In this document: positions 1-13,353 of the stretch, one piece after another | How the letters are laid out: each line of letters begins with the position of its first letter | Position numbering within the stretch: position 1 is the stretch's first letter | Assembly (NCBI GenBank): GCA_050084985.1 | Contig: JBITNC010000001.1 | Location: 190,402,001-190,466,000, forward strand | DNA from: Nageia nagi | Taxonomy: Eukaryota > Plantae > Pinophyta | Direction: 5' to 3' | Length of the DNA: 64,000 nucleotides | Translations under genes and position numbers: made by a program | The notes under the pieces: model-generated | The model's database searches: none | Told to the model about the DNA's origin: nothing | Seen by the model: the letters and a program-made list of their open reading frames with translations, nothing else

Positions 1-2571
1 TTACCCTACAAGATTAACATAAGAAAATATTTACTAAATCATGGGGCACATTTTGCTACAAAGCAATACCTTTTGAGCTTAAGAATGCCAATGCAACATA
101 TCAAAGAGACATTTCATATATCTTCAATGATATGAAGCATGATATATTTAAGGATTATGTTAATGATCTTTAGATCAAATCTAGAACATGGAACCAACAT
201 TGGAAAGTATTAGAGAAATTATTTGAGAGACTTATCAAGAATAATATTAAATTAAATCCAAGGAAGTATGTATTTGGTGCCACTTTAGGAAATTTACTAG
301 GGTTAATTATTTCCAAAATAGGAATAGAGGTATACCCCAATAAAGTCATCACCATTACTAGTATACCCCTTCCATAAGAGGTAAGAGATTTAAAAAGTCT
401 TCAAGAGAATATTCAAGAATTTAGATGATTCATAGCTCAGTTATCAGAAAAGTGTTGACCCTTTAATGAGCTTATCAATTTGAAAGGGGTAAAATTTGAA
501 TGGAATGAGTATTTACAATATTCATTCAATGATATCAAGAGATATTTGACTACTCCTCTAGTGCTTATCCCACATAAGGATGATTTCACCTTTCATCTCT
601 ACCTCTCTGCTATAAACTTTACCTTAGGGTTAATATTAGCCCAAAAGAATAATCAAACCAAGGAACAAGCTATATATTGCCTTAGTCATACACTTATCAA
701 TTATGAGCTCATATATATCTAAATTTATAAGGTATATCTTATTATTTTCTTTACAACCAAGAAATTGAGACATTACAAACTTAATCACACCATATATATG
801 GTTTCTAGAGGTGATACACATAAATATATGATGAGCAAGACATAACACAATACAAGGAAAACTAAATGGATTATGTTTCTATCAACATTTTACCTATTAT
901 TCATTAATAAAAAATAGGAAATGGTTAGGTTATAGTAGATATATTGGTAGAGGCACTTATGTAGGACACTTCACCTTTAGAGACCACCCTCCTTGATGAG
1001 GATGAATTTAGAATAGAGAATGAATATTTTGTTGACACTTAGGATGACTATGACATGATAATGTATTTTTATGGGTCAATATGTGAACAAGGAGGAGGTG
1101 TGTGAGTTTTTTTCTTCACCCCTTAGGGGGTTATCATTCCTTATTCTTTCAAACTTGATTTCCCATGAACCAACAATAATGCAAAGTATGAGAATTTAAT
1201 TTTTGGCATAAAAGTGACCATAGAGTTAAAATTTGAGATAATATTAATTTATTTTGATTTTCAATTGGTATTTAATTAGATCATGGGAATTTATCAATGT
1301 CACAATGAGTTATTGAAAATCTATAAAGACATGTCATTGGAGTTACTTAAGTGGTTAAAATTATATAAAATCAAGGTGGACCCTATATTATCAAATAAAT
1401 TTGGAGATATAATGTATTTCCTAGGATGACACATTCAACATGTGTAAGTAGTGACATTAAAATAGACTTCATCCAAGGTACCATTACCTTTTAGACTTTC
1501 AGTAGTTATTATCAATGAGATCATAGTTGAGCTAAGAGATTTATGGTACACACAAGTGCATGAATATATTAAGTGGAATGCCTTGCCACCTAACATGTAT
1601 TTTGGTGAGAAATGTATATTCAAGAAAAAGATATTCTATTATGCTATACTAGGAGATTTCATCTATAAAGAGTCATATGATGGATTTCTATTGAGATGTT
1701 TAGAACTTTATGATCAACAAATTGCTATACATATATTTCATGATGATATTTATGATCAAAAAATTTCAATATCACTACCATAGAATATTTTACCAAATGG
1801 GTTGAAGCTACACCATTAGTTTCTACCACAAGCCCTTAGTTTGCAAATTTCATTGAGATACACATCACATGTTAGTTTGGCATTCTAGAATGGATCATAT
1901 CAAAAAATGGTCTTAACTTTAAGAATCAAAATATATGAAGATCATATAATGGTTAAAATATTAAATACTTGTCCATAATATATTACCCTTAGGGTAATGG
2001 ATGGGTAAAGGCCACGAAAAAAACCATCATTATTATTATTAAAAAGATACTCAATGATAATCATAGGAATTGGCATGAGTTTCTTCCCTATACCTTATGG
2101 ACCTACCACACTAGTATCAGGAAACCCATAAGGGCCACCCCATTTTAATTAGTCTATGGTGCAGAAGAAGTCATGCCACTTGAGTTAGAGATCCCATATT
2201 TGAGAGTACAAGTTCAAGGCCTCATTCTAGATGAGGAAGTCAAACAAGCATGATTAAACCAACTTGCCATCCTTGATGAAAGGAGATTCAATGCCATTGA
2301 ATATCATAAGGTCTATCAGAAATGGTTAAAAAGAGTATACAAAAATAAAGTCAAGCCTAAAGAGTTTGAGTTCAATGACCTAGTTATTAAAGAGAATCAA
2401 CAACAGGCACACTTGGAGTGGACTTTTCAAGATAAGTTTGCACCAAATTGGTTAGGGCCTTACATTGTTAAGAAAAAATTTAGCACATGTGCCTATCATT
2501 TTGTAGATTTAAAAGCACAAGAAGAGCTTGATCCTATTAACATCATCCATCTCTATCCATTCTATTCTTGA
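1..2571 (+). pseudogene. Degenerate pol of element A: RT, RNase H, additional archaeal-type RNase H, integrase
   Basis: PF(E)LKNA.ATYQR at ~70-110, DYV(N)DL at ~153, MYF(Y)GS at ~1061, TNNN(A)(K)YE at ~1170, EYFTKWVEA at ~1783, WHEFLPY.LW.Y.TS at ~2071, KFAPNW.GPY at ~2434, stop TGA at 2569-2571. Many stops and frameshifts. The zinc-finger part of integrase appears deleted near 1760. Confidence 0.92.
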
Positions 2572-5199
2572 CCTTCACATTATTTTTTTATGTTTATCCA
2601 TACTTAATTTTCATTTTAGTTTCCTTTTTTTAATATTGCATATATTTTTCATCCTTGATTTATTTTTTTGAGCATATTATTTCAATATAGTTGCTCATCT
2701 ACTCTACATTAGGTTATGAGTGATGTCTTACATGCAGGAATTCCCTTGGGCTTATAGGTCATAACATTTCCTTTTTCTCATCAATTTATTTATTTTTAAC
2801 CTTGCAATTGGGAGTCAATACTTAGATGGACCTCCACCATTTTAGTATCACCCTAGCTTTTATGAGGGCATGGGATCCAAAAGTCACTTGTCTCCTTATT
2901 ACCATGAGTCAATCTTCTATTATTACATCTTGTCATCACTTTTCTTCACATTGCATTTTGCATATTATTTTTCATCATCTTTGGTTCTCATCTTGGTTGA
3001 GACTATTAGATATTATCTTCACATCCATGATAGAGTTGGAACAATTTTGAACATGAGTGGAATTCAATCTCAAAACAACTCTAGAAAAATCCAATTATTT
3101 ATTTTCCTTGAAATTTTTATTTACCTTCATTCACATTTGTGGTGTATTGTTTTTCTTTTTGTGTTGGAACCATTCCATATCAATCACGTAAAGCTTATCA
3201 AGGATATCTTAGCATGACCATTTATGTTGCATTTTACCATACATGATTTGTGGTTTCCTAGTGATGACACAACTACTTGGGTCTTAGTTAATATATTTGG
3301 TTTCATTAAATAATCCCCTTAGGATTTATCATAGAATAATGACTATCATGGTTTTAAAAGAAAAATCCATATGAGATTTTAATGACTTGTAACATCGATG
3401 TACATTTGTAGACACCATATACCTGGGTCCTTGTCAGCTACAGATAATTTTATGTTTTATATCTATGACTGTTACTCATCCTTTAATATGTCATTTTGAT
3501 CATTTTTTCATGTATTTGTTGTGTTTTATCATATTCAGTGTGTTTTGCATTTGTGGTATTTTGTTAAAATTGCTTTTCATTTGGCTTGTAAAAATCCATT
3601 TAACCATTTTAAATTGGCAAATGATTTCTTTTATTCACCTCATCTTCATACATAGAATCATAATCCATAGGTATTATCCATCTTATCTTACCCATCATGT
3701 GTTTGTTTATGCTCAAATTAGGCCAATTACACTTATTCACACTATTGTTAGTAGGCATCACCTTTCTTCAGCTTATGGTCTAACCATGCAAAATGATCAT
3801 GCATCTTATTATGTTTTATAATGTCTTACCTAGTCATTTCAAATCATTTAGTAAAAATTTTTGAACCATTTTATTTTAGGGATAAAGATCTTGAAATTTG
3901 GCACCTAGTGAAGTTGGCTTTGGTTTTGAATTTTTAAACATAGTAAACCACATCTATTTTCTATTCTATTAGTTCCTAGCAATATTAAATATATCAATAT
4001 TCATTAGCCAAATTTGCACAATCATGTCACATTATTTCATCAATTTTTGATTGCTAAGTTTGCATTATCATGAGTAGCCTCCAATTTTAACTTCAAAAAG
4101 GGACGAATGAGCTTTTTTTTTAAACCATCTATTATTGCATTGATATCAATTTACCTTGTATCATATTTTCAAGCCCATTTATCAAGTTGGCATGGCATTT
4201 TCTTATTTTAGTCTGTCAAATTTTATCATTTTTCTAATTTTTTGTTATATCAAACTTGGCAAATTCGTATGTTTGCTATCTTGGTGATAATTTTGCTTTC
4301 TATCTGCATCATTATTTATCATCTTTTTGTTCATTATCATCATATGGATATTTTGACATATCATTTGGGAGGTTCATATGCCTTGTTTGGTGCACCTTTT
4401 TTATGATTTAAGTTGGTCATTTTACACAATTTAAGTTGTTCTTTGACTTAAGTTTCAAGTTATTTACTTTTGTATTTTTCAGTCATTTGTTTCATTTTAT
4501 ATTCATTTTGAATTGCTTGGTGTTCATTTTATTATCATTTTTTTTTCACTGTTGATTGTTTTGTTGATCATAATGTCATTCTTTACTTATTTATTTATCA
4601 TGTTATTTTTACTCTTTTTGGGTACATAAGTACACTCATGCTTATCTTTTTATCCTTTTTCTTATCTATTGGCCTGTTTATAATAATGTACTATCTTTTA
4701 GTATCTTTTGTTATCATTTTATTATCACATATAATTATTGGTCATTCAATTGTAGTTACATTTGTTATTATCATTGGTCCTTTCTTATATCTTTTTAATA
4801 TTCCTTTTTATATTTTTGTTTGATTACATGGTCCAAATACATTATCGAATATATGTAGGTCATGTATATTCATATGTGTGTTTATTTCATTTTAAATACA
4901 TTAAATCATCCATCAAATTTATTTTCATACATTCACATAGTGTCATATTAGATAATAGTCACATCATGTCAAACACATAATAGGTCATCCATATAGCAAC
5001 ATCATGAAGTGCATCATCCATCATCAACATATAAACCATCAAATAGAATGTCACATATCATATCAAAGTACACATAAAATATTTATAAAATGTCATATCC
5101 ATATCCATCAAATGTCTACAAATACATCCATAAGTACATTACAACCATAAATCATAAATGTCATATAACCCAATCATAAGTCCATAAGTTTCCTCTCAT

Positions 5200-6850
5200 A
5201 AATACATCAGCATGTGCTATATGGTGCTAAAAATAATACATATACTAAATACTATATACCCCTCTTCCTATGCTCTTAGCTCATCTCTGTCACTAGCCAC
5301 TATTGCTAGTGTCATAAGAAGAGTCCTCATCTCCCCCCTCAGGGCATTATTCATGGCTTGGAAGAAATCTAATTGCTATTGTAAGGTATCCTTCTCACTA
5401 TTATACTAAGTAATACATATATCCAATCATATCTCTAAACCTAGTGTTGTTAGCTCTCCTACATTCCCACTAGGAGGCCCTAAAACCTATTGGCTCACCC
5501 TCCTTGGATACCTCTCTTACTAAGGGATCTCCCTAGGCTAGTATATCTATGTATATGGATAATTTTATGCATTGGTGTCCATATGGTCATCCTTAGCCTC
5601 ATCAAGATTATCCTCCTCACTTTGATTTTCCTCCTTGAGTTGAACACCCTCCTCGACCAAGGGATCAACTACTGTTGGGGGTATTGGCCCATCTAGACCA
5701 CCCATGTTGGTATCCTCATCCTTTATGGGGAACACCATACCTCAAAATCTTCTATAGTCTCAATATAATCTCTTATTGATCGCACTATTAGGGGATATAG
5801 CATGTTGTATGTCTTTATGAAAATGAACCTAGGCCCCTTTTTCAACTTGTCCATATAACATGGGATCTAGTGGGACATTTTGGTGCATCCTAAACTATCA
5901 TTGTACCCACTCAAAGTGGAATATTTTCATATCATTAACATGAAATCCTCATAAATATTATATGTATCATACTCATGCTAACTACATGTCCTTTTCTTCC
6001 TAGTGATGGGTGTCCCTTCATGGTTGCCATATGATATCCTATGTATATAGACTAGCTACCATCCCTTATTAATAGTTAGTGCGATCCTTGTAGGGCCATT
6101 GTCTCAACCTCTCCAACTCATGTGACCATAATAATATGAAGGAAAAGTGTCACCCTACCATTAGATAGACATTTGTGGTCATATCATCTATGTGGATAGC
6201 AATTGGTAGGACATTTGACCATCCCATTCAAATGTGCTCCCAAGCCCACACTTGGATCAATAAAAACATGTTGAGTCCTAATTGTCCTTGACCTATGCCT
6301 ACCAACTCCCCTTAATCTTATTCTAATAATGTTGATCCCTAGGAAAGATTATTCACTCATGCATTAATCTCATCATAACCTCAAACATGTTCCAATGGAT
6401 CCTAGATCCTAAGGAATCTAAAAGAACAAATGATGAGATCAATAACATAATAAGAGTCTCCTATCATCCTAGCCACCCTATGTTGTAGAGGGGCTCCATT
6501 AGTGCTCTTACACCTTGGATTTCTCAATTCCTATAATCATCACCTACATAGGGTTGTATCATTACTTAATCCATCATCACGATCACCAACTCACCTTCGA
6601 TGGGTACGTAGAAGATGTGATACACATCCTCTAATGTAATTATCATCTCCCTAGTGGAAAGTAGAAAGATGAAACAATCTAGGTTGAATCTCCCTCCTAG
6701 TACCATCATGTATGATGTATCACCCATGATCTGATAGACTCATGCAACTCCTACAAGATTGATCACCTCCAACCACTCCTAGTCTTCTTGATCTAATTTA
6801 TCTTACACTCTTGGTAGGAGTGGAAAACATTTATGTTGGAGTTTCATTTG
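5200..6850 (-). pseudogene. Antisense extra ORF with plant mobile domain (PMD, aminotransferase-like/MAIN-type) and a coiled-coil-like C-terminus
   Basis: Minus strand reads GRFNLDCFIFLLSTREMIITLEDVYHIFYVPIEGE (~6700-6590) and MFLLIQVWAWEHI (6269-6231). These resemble the PMD motifs ERW...TFHLP.GEMTITLEDV..ILGLPIDG and LLQ.WAWEH. EKDTLQ*QLDFFQAMNNALRGEMRTLL at ~5395-5310. Several internal stops; ends approximate. Confidence 0.85.
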
Positions 6851-7043
6851 GCATAAGTTTCATAATTCATTAAACATATTTTTTTATTGATAATCATGCA
6901 ATTATATATATGTTAGTGTGTTTTTTTTTTTCTAATTTGATGTAGTTGTTAGTATTGGTCATGTTCTAGGTCATCTAGATGTCTATCCTAACTTGGATAG
7001 ATTTTCCATTATCACTCAATTATATTGAAAGTTTGTTAAAATC

Positions 7044-7063
7044 ATATATATATATATATATAT
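7044..7063. repeat. (AT)10 microsatellite
   Basis: Read directly. Confidence 0.95.
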
Positions 7064-8399
7064 TATCATAATCATCTATGTCTAGGATGATTTTATAACC
7101 CTATTCATCCATTAGGGAAGTAATTTTTAAAAATTATCCAAATAATTTAGTTGGTCATTCAAGTCCTAGACAATCTCCAAATTAGATCATTTGAGAAGAG
7201 GATGATTTGCAATCTTTAAAAGGTAAAATTAAAAACAAGAAGCAAAAATTTAACAAAAAAATGAAATCTAACTCTTTTTAATCCAAAATCATAATTTATA
7301 GGTTGTTAAGTTAGTTTTTACCATTTGTGAGCATTGGTTTTATTTTCACACCCTATTCTCTTATAGTTAGTATGTTTATTTTGTGCCCTAGGATTTTCAT
7401 TGTTTTTCTCCAATTTACCATTTTTCCACCAACCCATATCATCTAATATGGGGTTGAGGGATTTTTTGATTAGTGTGTCGTATTTTTTTTCCTACAAGCC
7501 TTTTCATGTATGATGGGTTAAAGGCCATTTTATATACAAATTCATTTTATGTCTGATGTTAATCATCACTTGACCCTATGTTTTGATAAGGCCTTTTTCT
7601 ATCAGATAACTTAGGGCACAAAACCTTACCTTATTAGTTTATGGTTCATTTGGTATTTCTCCTCCTCTTCTTGATGATACCATTACCATTAAAGGTTCTT
7701 GCTATCATTTTTTTAAGGATTCAAACCTTCCTCTTCACTCGTACAATATCAATGTCACTCTACCCCTTTGTTGTTTATTTTACCAATAATGAAACATACT
7801 TTAGAAAGTGCTATAATGCTAAGAACATAAGTATATACTGAACATGATATGAAATTCCCTTTTTTATTTTCCATCTGATCGGATCATCAAGATGACCTAG
7901 AATCAATTTGATGATCTTAAGAACCCTAATTATCTAGATGATTTATGATTTGTATGAATGACTAGATCTATATTATTTCACCCCTATTATCTCTTGTCAT
8001 TTTTTCATTTTTTTGCTTCTTTTTATCAACCAATCAACTATAAATTTTGATCATTCCTTTTCACACCTAATATCTTATCATTCGAGGAGGAATTAATGCT
8101 TTATTATTTGGTCAACCTTTTGGAAGCTTTAGTCAAGCTCATTATTGGACATTTTAGGTACACTCTAATGCATGATCAAATGATTTGCATTTGTGAGTAT
8201 GCACTTGGCATTATGGTTCAACATAATCAATTGGTAATCAAAATATTCATACATCATCATGGTCAACATAGATATTTTACTTATTCAAGCATCATATTCA
8301 TACATGCTATAATAGAATTCTTGGTAGATTTGTAAGCCTATGGTAATTATATCATTTTTTCATTTCCCTGTAGATGCTAGGGAAAAGTAGAGATCATTT

Positions 8400-10075
8400 T
8401 GTTGACCTATGGTATTGTCAAAGGAGATTGTTGGCCTAAGAAGCTACCATTGTTGTTAATAACACAAATAAATTATAATACAAAGATGAGCAAGATTGCT
8501 AAGGTTCAAGGAGAATAAGATTATTACTTATGTAGTCAAAGGATGCCTTATGTAGAGTAAGAAAGAAGTTATGTGGTAAAAATAAGGTTTATACGATGAA
8601 AATAAGACTTATACAGTGAAAAAAAGCTTATGCAATGAAACAAAGGCTTATGTGATGGAACAAAGGCTTGTGCAATGGTACAAAGGCTTATGTAGTGGAA
8701 CAAAAGCTCATGCAATGGAACAAAGGCTTATGTGATGGAATAAAGGCTTATGCAATGAGGAAAAGACATGCTTGTATGGATAGAGATAGGCTTGTGTGAT
8801 GAAAATAAGTCTTATATGGAGAACAAAATCATTATGCATAGAGTCATGGTGTTATGTAGTGAAGTCAACCCTTATGAGATGAGAACAACTATTATGCAAA
8901 AGACTCTAGCCTTGTATGAACTTGAGCTTGTGATGCTTATGTGGAATCAAATAGAGTTATGTGGTTAGACAAGGGTCCATGCAGATAGAAAAGACCTTAT
9001 GTGGAAAACCCATGATTTATATGGAGAAGGAAAGGATTATGTGATCAGAGAAGACATTATGTAGATTTCAAAGGATTTATACAAAGGATTAATGTCTTAC
9101 ACAGAGAAGTGTTTTTCCTATCCTATAGTTACAAGAAAGATTGTAGAATACTTACAAAGTTTTGATTCCTCCTTCGATACTTGTATCAAGTGAAGTAGTA
9201 GCTCAAACATGATTGAATCTTCTTGAATTCTTAGTTCTTGTAACTAAAATTGACAACCTTGTAACTAAATGAAAAGAATCATGAGGATAGTTGCAATGGG
9301 ATTAACTATAGAGAATAGTGTATACATAAACTTATGAGGCAAAATGAATAGAAATTTGGAGAGTAGAGAGCTATAAAGTTCTTTTTTTATGAATATAATG
9401 TCTGATATATTCTAAAGATGTGGGGTAATAATGATAAAGTATGTTATTATCCTATAGCTCTCTTAGAATCAACAAATATATGAGTTGCAAGATGTTGAGG
9501 TGAATATGTATGGACATACTATCATTGATAATGAAACTACATTAGATTTTCAATGAGGGAAGAACAATGGATATGAATATTGATTGCATATTTCTTGTAG
9601 AGATAACTAGATGATGAATTTTGATGAGCTAAAGATCAGAGAAGGATCTATGAAAAGAGAAGTCATTTTTATATTAAACCTTTAATTAGTATTTGAATTC
9701 CAAGTTGATGCTCAATAAGAGGTATTGGTACTCCTTGTAGTGGGTACTGCAAAACTTAGGGGTTGGTTTTCCTTTCAGTTGTAGCTGATAAATTATAGGG
9801 GTTGGTGATCCTTCTAGTTGGTGTTGGTAAATTGAGTGTAAATTTGGTGCTTTGTAATGGCTAGATTTGGACCATGATACAAATAATATTATCTAGGGAT
9901 GTATCCAAATTAGTGAATATCATTACATCTTGTGTTGTGTGATGTTCTTTTTTGGTGTATCCTTTACTTGGTTTCATATTTGTAATATTCTCTTTTAGGT
10001 GGTAAAGTTAAAGTTTTAAGTTTAAATTTATGACACTGATTCACCCTCCCTCTCAATGTCACTTGAAGTTCAACA
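8400..10075 (+). repeat. 5' LTR of copia B
   Basis: TG...CA ends. Collinear with 27574-29318. C-rich ATTCACCCTCCCTCT near the 3' end. Confidence 0.93.
8560..8760 (+). repeat. 20-bp tandem array (ACAAAGGCTTATGYRATGGA) in 5' LTR of B
   Basis: About 10 recognisable units; more degenerate TTATG-anchored units continue to ~9100. Confidence 0.9.
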
Positions 10076-10077
10076 AT

Positions 10078-10089
10078 TAGTATTAGATG
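10078..10089 (+). promoter_or_regulatory. Degenerate primer-binding site (initiator Met type) of B
   Basis: TAGTATTAGATG lies 2 nt after the LTR and matches TGGTATCAGAGC at 8/12 positions. Confidence 0.6.
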
Positions 10090-10140
10090 AGGCTCCTTTA
10101 CTAGGTCTAATCGAATAAGAGTGATCTATAGAGTGACATT

Positions 10141-13100
10141 ATGAAAATTGGAGAATATTTTTCATATAATAAAGAACCCCTTTTTGATGGAACTAACTAT
10201 GCCTTTTGGAGAATGAGGATGCAAATTTATCTTTATGCCTTGCGATTTGATATATGGGAAGCTATAAAATCTAGGTATATAGTTCCTAATACTCCTCTAA
10301 TTGATGTAGAATGTAAGAGACTCTATGAGAATTATTCTAAAGTAAAGAATGCAATTATATGTGAATTAGTTGATAGTGATCTATTAAAGATTATGGTATG
10401 TAAAAATACCAAAGAAATATGGGATAAGTTAAAAAGCATCCATGAAGGTAATGAGAAGATAAAGGAGGCTATGTTGTAAATATTTAGAGCTCATTTTGAA
10501 AAATTAAGGATGAATGATGAAGAAAATATTGCATCTTATATGCTTAGAGTCAATGAGATTATCAATTCCATCAGAGGAATATGAGAGAAGATTAAGGATA
10601 TTATGATTGTCAAGAAAATATTAAGATCCTTTCCATCTAGATTCGATGCCAAAGTATCAACTATTGAAGAGGAAAAAGAACTAAATGATTTTTATTTAGA
10701 TGAGATGTATGGATCATTGACTGATTAAGAAATGAGGACTAGCAAAACCAAATATAGTGATAAGGGAGTTAATTTCAAAGTTGTTAAGAGTTCCAAATCC
10801 AAAGGAGACTTAGATGAGGATATATCAAAGCCTAAAGAATCCAAATTTTTTAGGAAACTCAAAAGAGAATAGGGTAAATACAAAGGTAAGCTACCTTTAA
10901 AATGTTTTAGTTATGGTGGTATTGGTCATTTTGCTAATAAATATCTGCATAGAGAAAGGAATGGTAATGATGACTATGCAAGAAATTCAAGAGCAAATAG
11001 TAACAAAAATAAAGATACAACTTTTAGAAAAGCAAATCAAAGTAAAAGAAGTTTCATCTCTAAAGAAAGTGAAGATGAATTGATTGATAGCTCAAATAAT
11101 GGATATGAAGATGAGCATAATGAATCCTTATTTATGCTTTTTAAAGTAAATAATAAGGAAGATGAAGCTTTTGAAAACTTTGATGATGATGATGAAAGTT
11201 GTTGTTGATCTTAAACAAGAGCTTATGGCTTCTTTATACCATCTTGATAATGAAAGAAGAATGTACAAAAAATTGAACAAAAAATTAAATGAAGCAAATG
11301 ATGAAATTGAAGAAATGAAATTCCAATTAAAAGAATTCAAGGAAACTAAAGAATTTCTACAACTCTAATTGACTGATAGAATAGATGTTTGTTACAACTT
11401 AGAAGAGGAAATTATTATTTTAAGATAAGAGATTGAAAAATTATCTCAATAAGCCAAGATAAGTCACAAGTTTTCCCAAACCTCAAAGAAATTTGATCAA
11501 ATATTGAGAGCTCAAAGATATCCAAAAATAAAGTGTGGTCTAGGATTCAAGCCTATAGAAACCTCAAGTACAACTAAACAAAAACTACCCAACATTGAAT
11601 CTCAATTTGATAGTAAAATGAAATTGGAGGTAAACACTAATCAATCTAGATATAACCAAGTAGCTAGCAGTGATGGTTTCATCAAATTCGATAAGAAAGC
11701 AAGGAGAATGCCAAGATGGACAATAAGCAAACTTTATCAGCAAAATAGTTTTTTCAATTTTTATTCTAATTATGGTAATCAATTTGGTGGCTATTGTTAA
11801 AAATGAAATTATTTTAGTGATAAGAAGGCATTTTGTAGAATGAATGCTCAGCCAATAAATTTTATGTATAAAACTTTGATAGATTTCACTATGGAATGCT
11901 ATAAATATAATAATTATGGGCACATAATAAAATTTTATAGAAGAAATCCAGTCAACTCATCCAAGTTGAATAAGAAAGATTCTAAAATAATTGAGCCAAA
12001 AGTCAAAAAGGAGAATACTGCAACTTAGGAGAATGGACAAAGAAAGATAACAATGCAACTGAATCATTGATTTATCAAGTAGCTCTTAAAGTTAAGAACA
12101 AGATAAGTCACTAGATTATTGATAATGGTTGTACAAAGCACATGATGATAGATAATCAAATATTTGATAATCTATAACAATATGAGGGAGGATAAGTCAA
12201 GTTTGGAAATAATGATGGTGCCAAAATAATTGGAAAATGGAAAGATGAAATATGAAGAAGTTTTGTTTGTTATTAGCTTGAGACATAACCTATTGAGTGT
12301 TAGTCAAATATATGATAAAGATAATGATGTTTTATTTAAAATACATGGATGTGAAATAAGAAGATAAAAAAATAGACAAATTGTAACAACTAGAACAAGA
12401 AAAACAAATAATTTGTATACTCTAAATATAACATCAGAAGAAACCTACTTGCTTGGACAAGAAGACACTACCAAGTTATGGCATAAAGGCTTTGGACACA
12501 TCAATTTCATCAATGTGGAAAAAATTAGCACAAAGGAGGCAGTAAGAGATATGACAAGAATCTCCAAGTAATCCAACAACATATATCCTATATGCCAAAA
12601 AGGTAAGTAAAGTAGAACCTCCTTTAAAACTAAATAATATCAATCTAGCAAACCTCTTGAGTTAGTTCATACTGATTTATGTGGACCTACTAGAAATTAG
12701 AGTATACATGGCTATAAATATATTATGTTGTTTATACATGATTACTCAAGAATGACATGGGAACATTTACTTAAACACAAATATGAAGCCTTTGATATAT
12801 TTTTGAGTTTCAAGAATATGATTTAAAATTAGACTGGTAGAAGAATCAAATGTCTCAAATCAGATAGAGGAGGAAAATTCATTTATGAAGAATTTTTTGA
12901 ATACTATGAGAAACATGACATCAAAAGATAATTCTTAGCTACTAGAATGCCACAACAAAATGATGTTGTGGAAAGAAAGAGAATAATAGTGCAAGAGATG
13001 GCTAGAACAATGATGATTGAGAATAAATTTAATGAGAAGTTCTAGAAAGAGGTGGTACATACAATTGTTCATATTCAAAATAGATGTATGCTTAGATCAG

Positions 13101-13353
13101 ATGAAAATAAAATACCATACAAGTTATGATTTGGAAGAAAGGCTATAGTTAATCATTTTAAAATCTTTGGGAGTAAATGATACATAAGAAATAATAAAGA
13201 AAATATGTGTAAGTTTGAATATAGAGCTAATGAACGAATTTATCTTGGCTACTCATGCAAATGAAAAGCCTATCAATGCTACAATAATAGACATAGAAAG
13301 ATCATGGAAAGTGTAGATGTAAAGGTTGATGAAGGAAATGTTCAAATGTAAAG
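10141..13353 (+). pseudogene. Copia B gag, protease and integrase (degenerate)
   Basis: PLFDGTNYAFWRMRM. Decayed zinc knuckles KCFSYGGIGHFANKY (~10900) and ECYKYNNYGHIIKFY (~11894). Coiled-coil-like segment 11162-11500. Protease *IIDNGCTKHM (~12112). Integrase VHTDLCGP (~12665), SDRGGKF (~12860), PQQNDVVERK (~12950). Confidence 0.92.

Noticed and set aside
2826-4980. Hydrophobic short ORFs as membrane or env proteins
   Set aside because: They follow from T-rich UTR composition (F/L/I codons) and show no conserved motifs.
8560-8760. Regular short repeats as a CRISPR array (also 27741-28000 and 59611-59800)
   Set aside because: Units are head-to-tail with no unique spacers, there are no cas genes, and the context is eukaryotic transposons.
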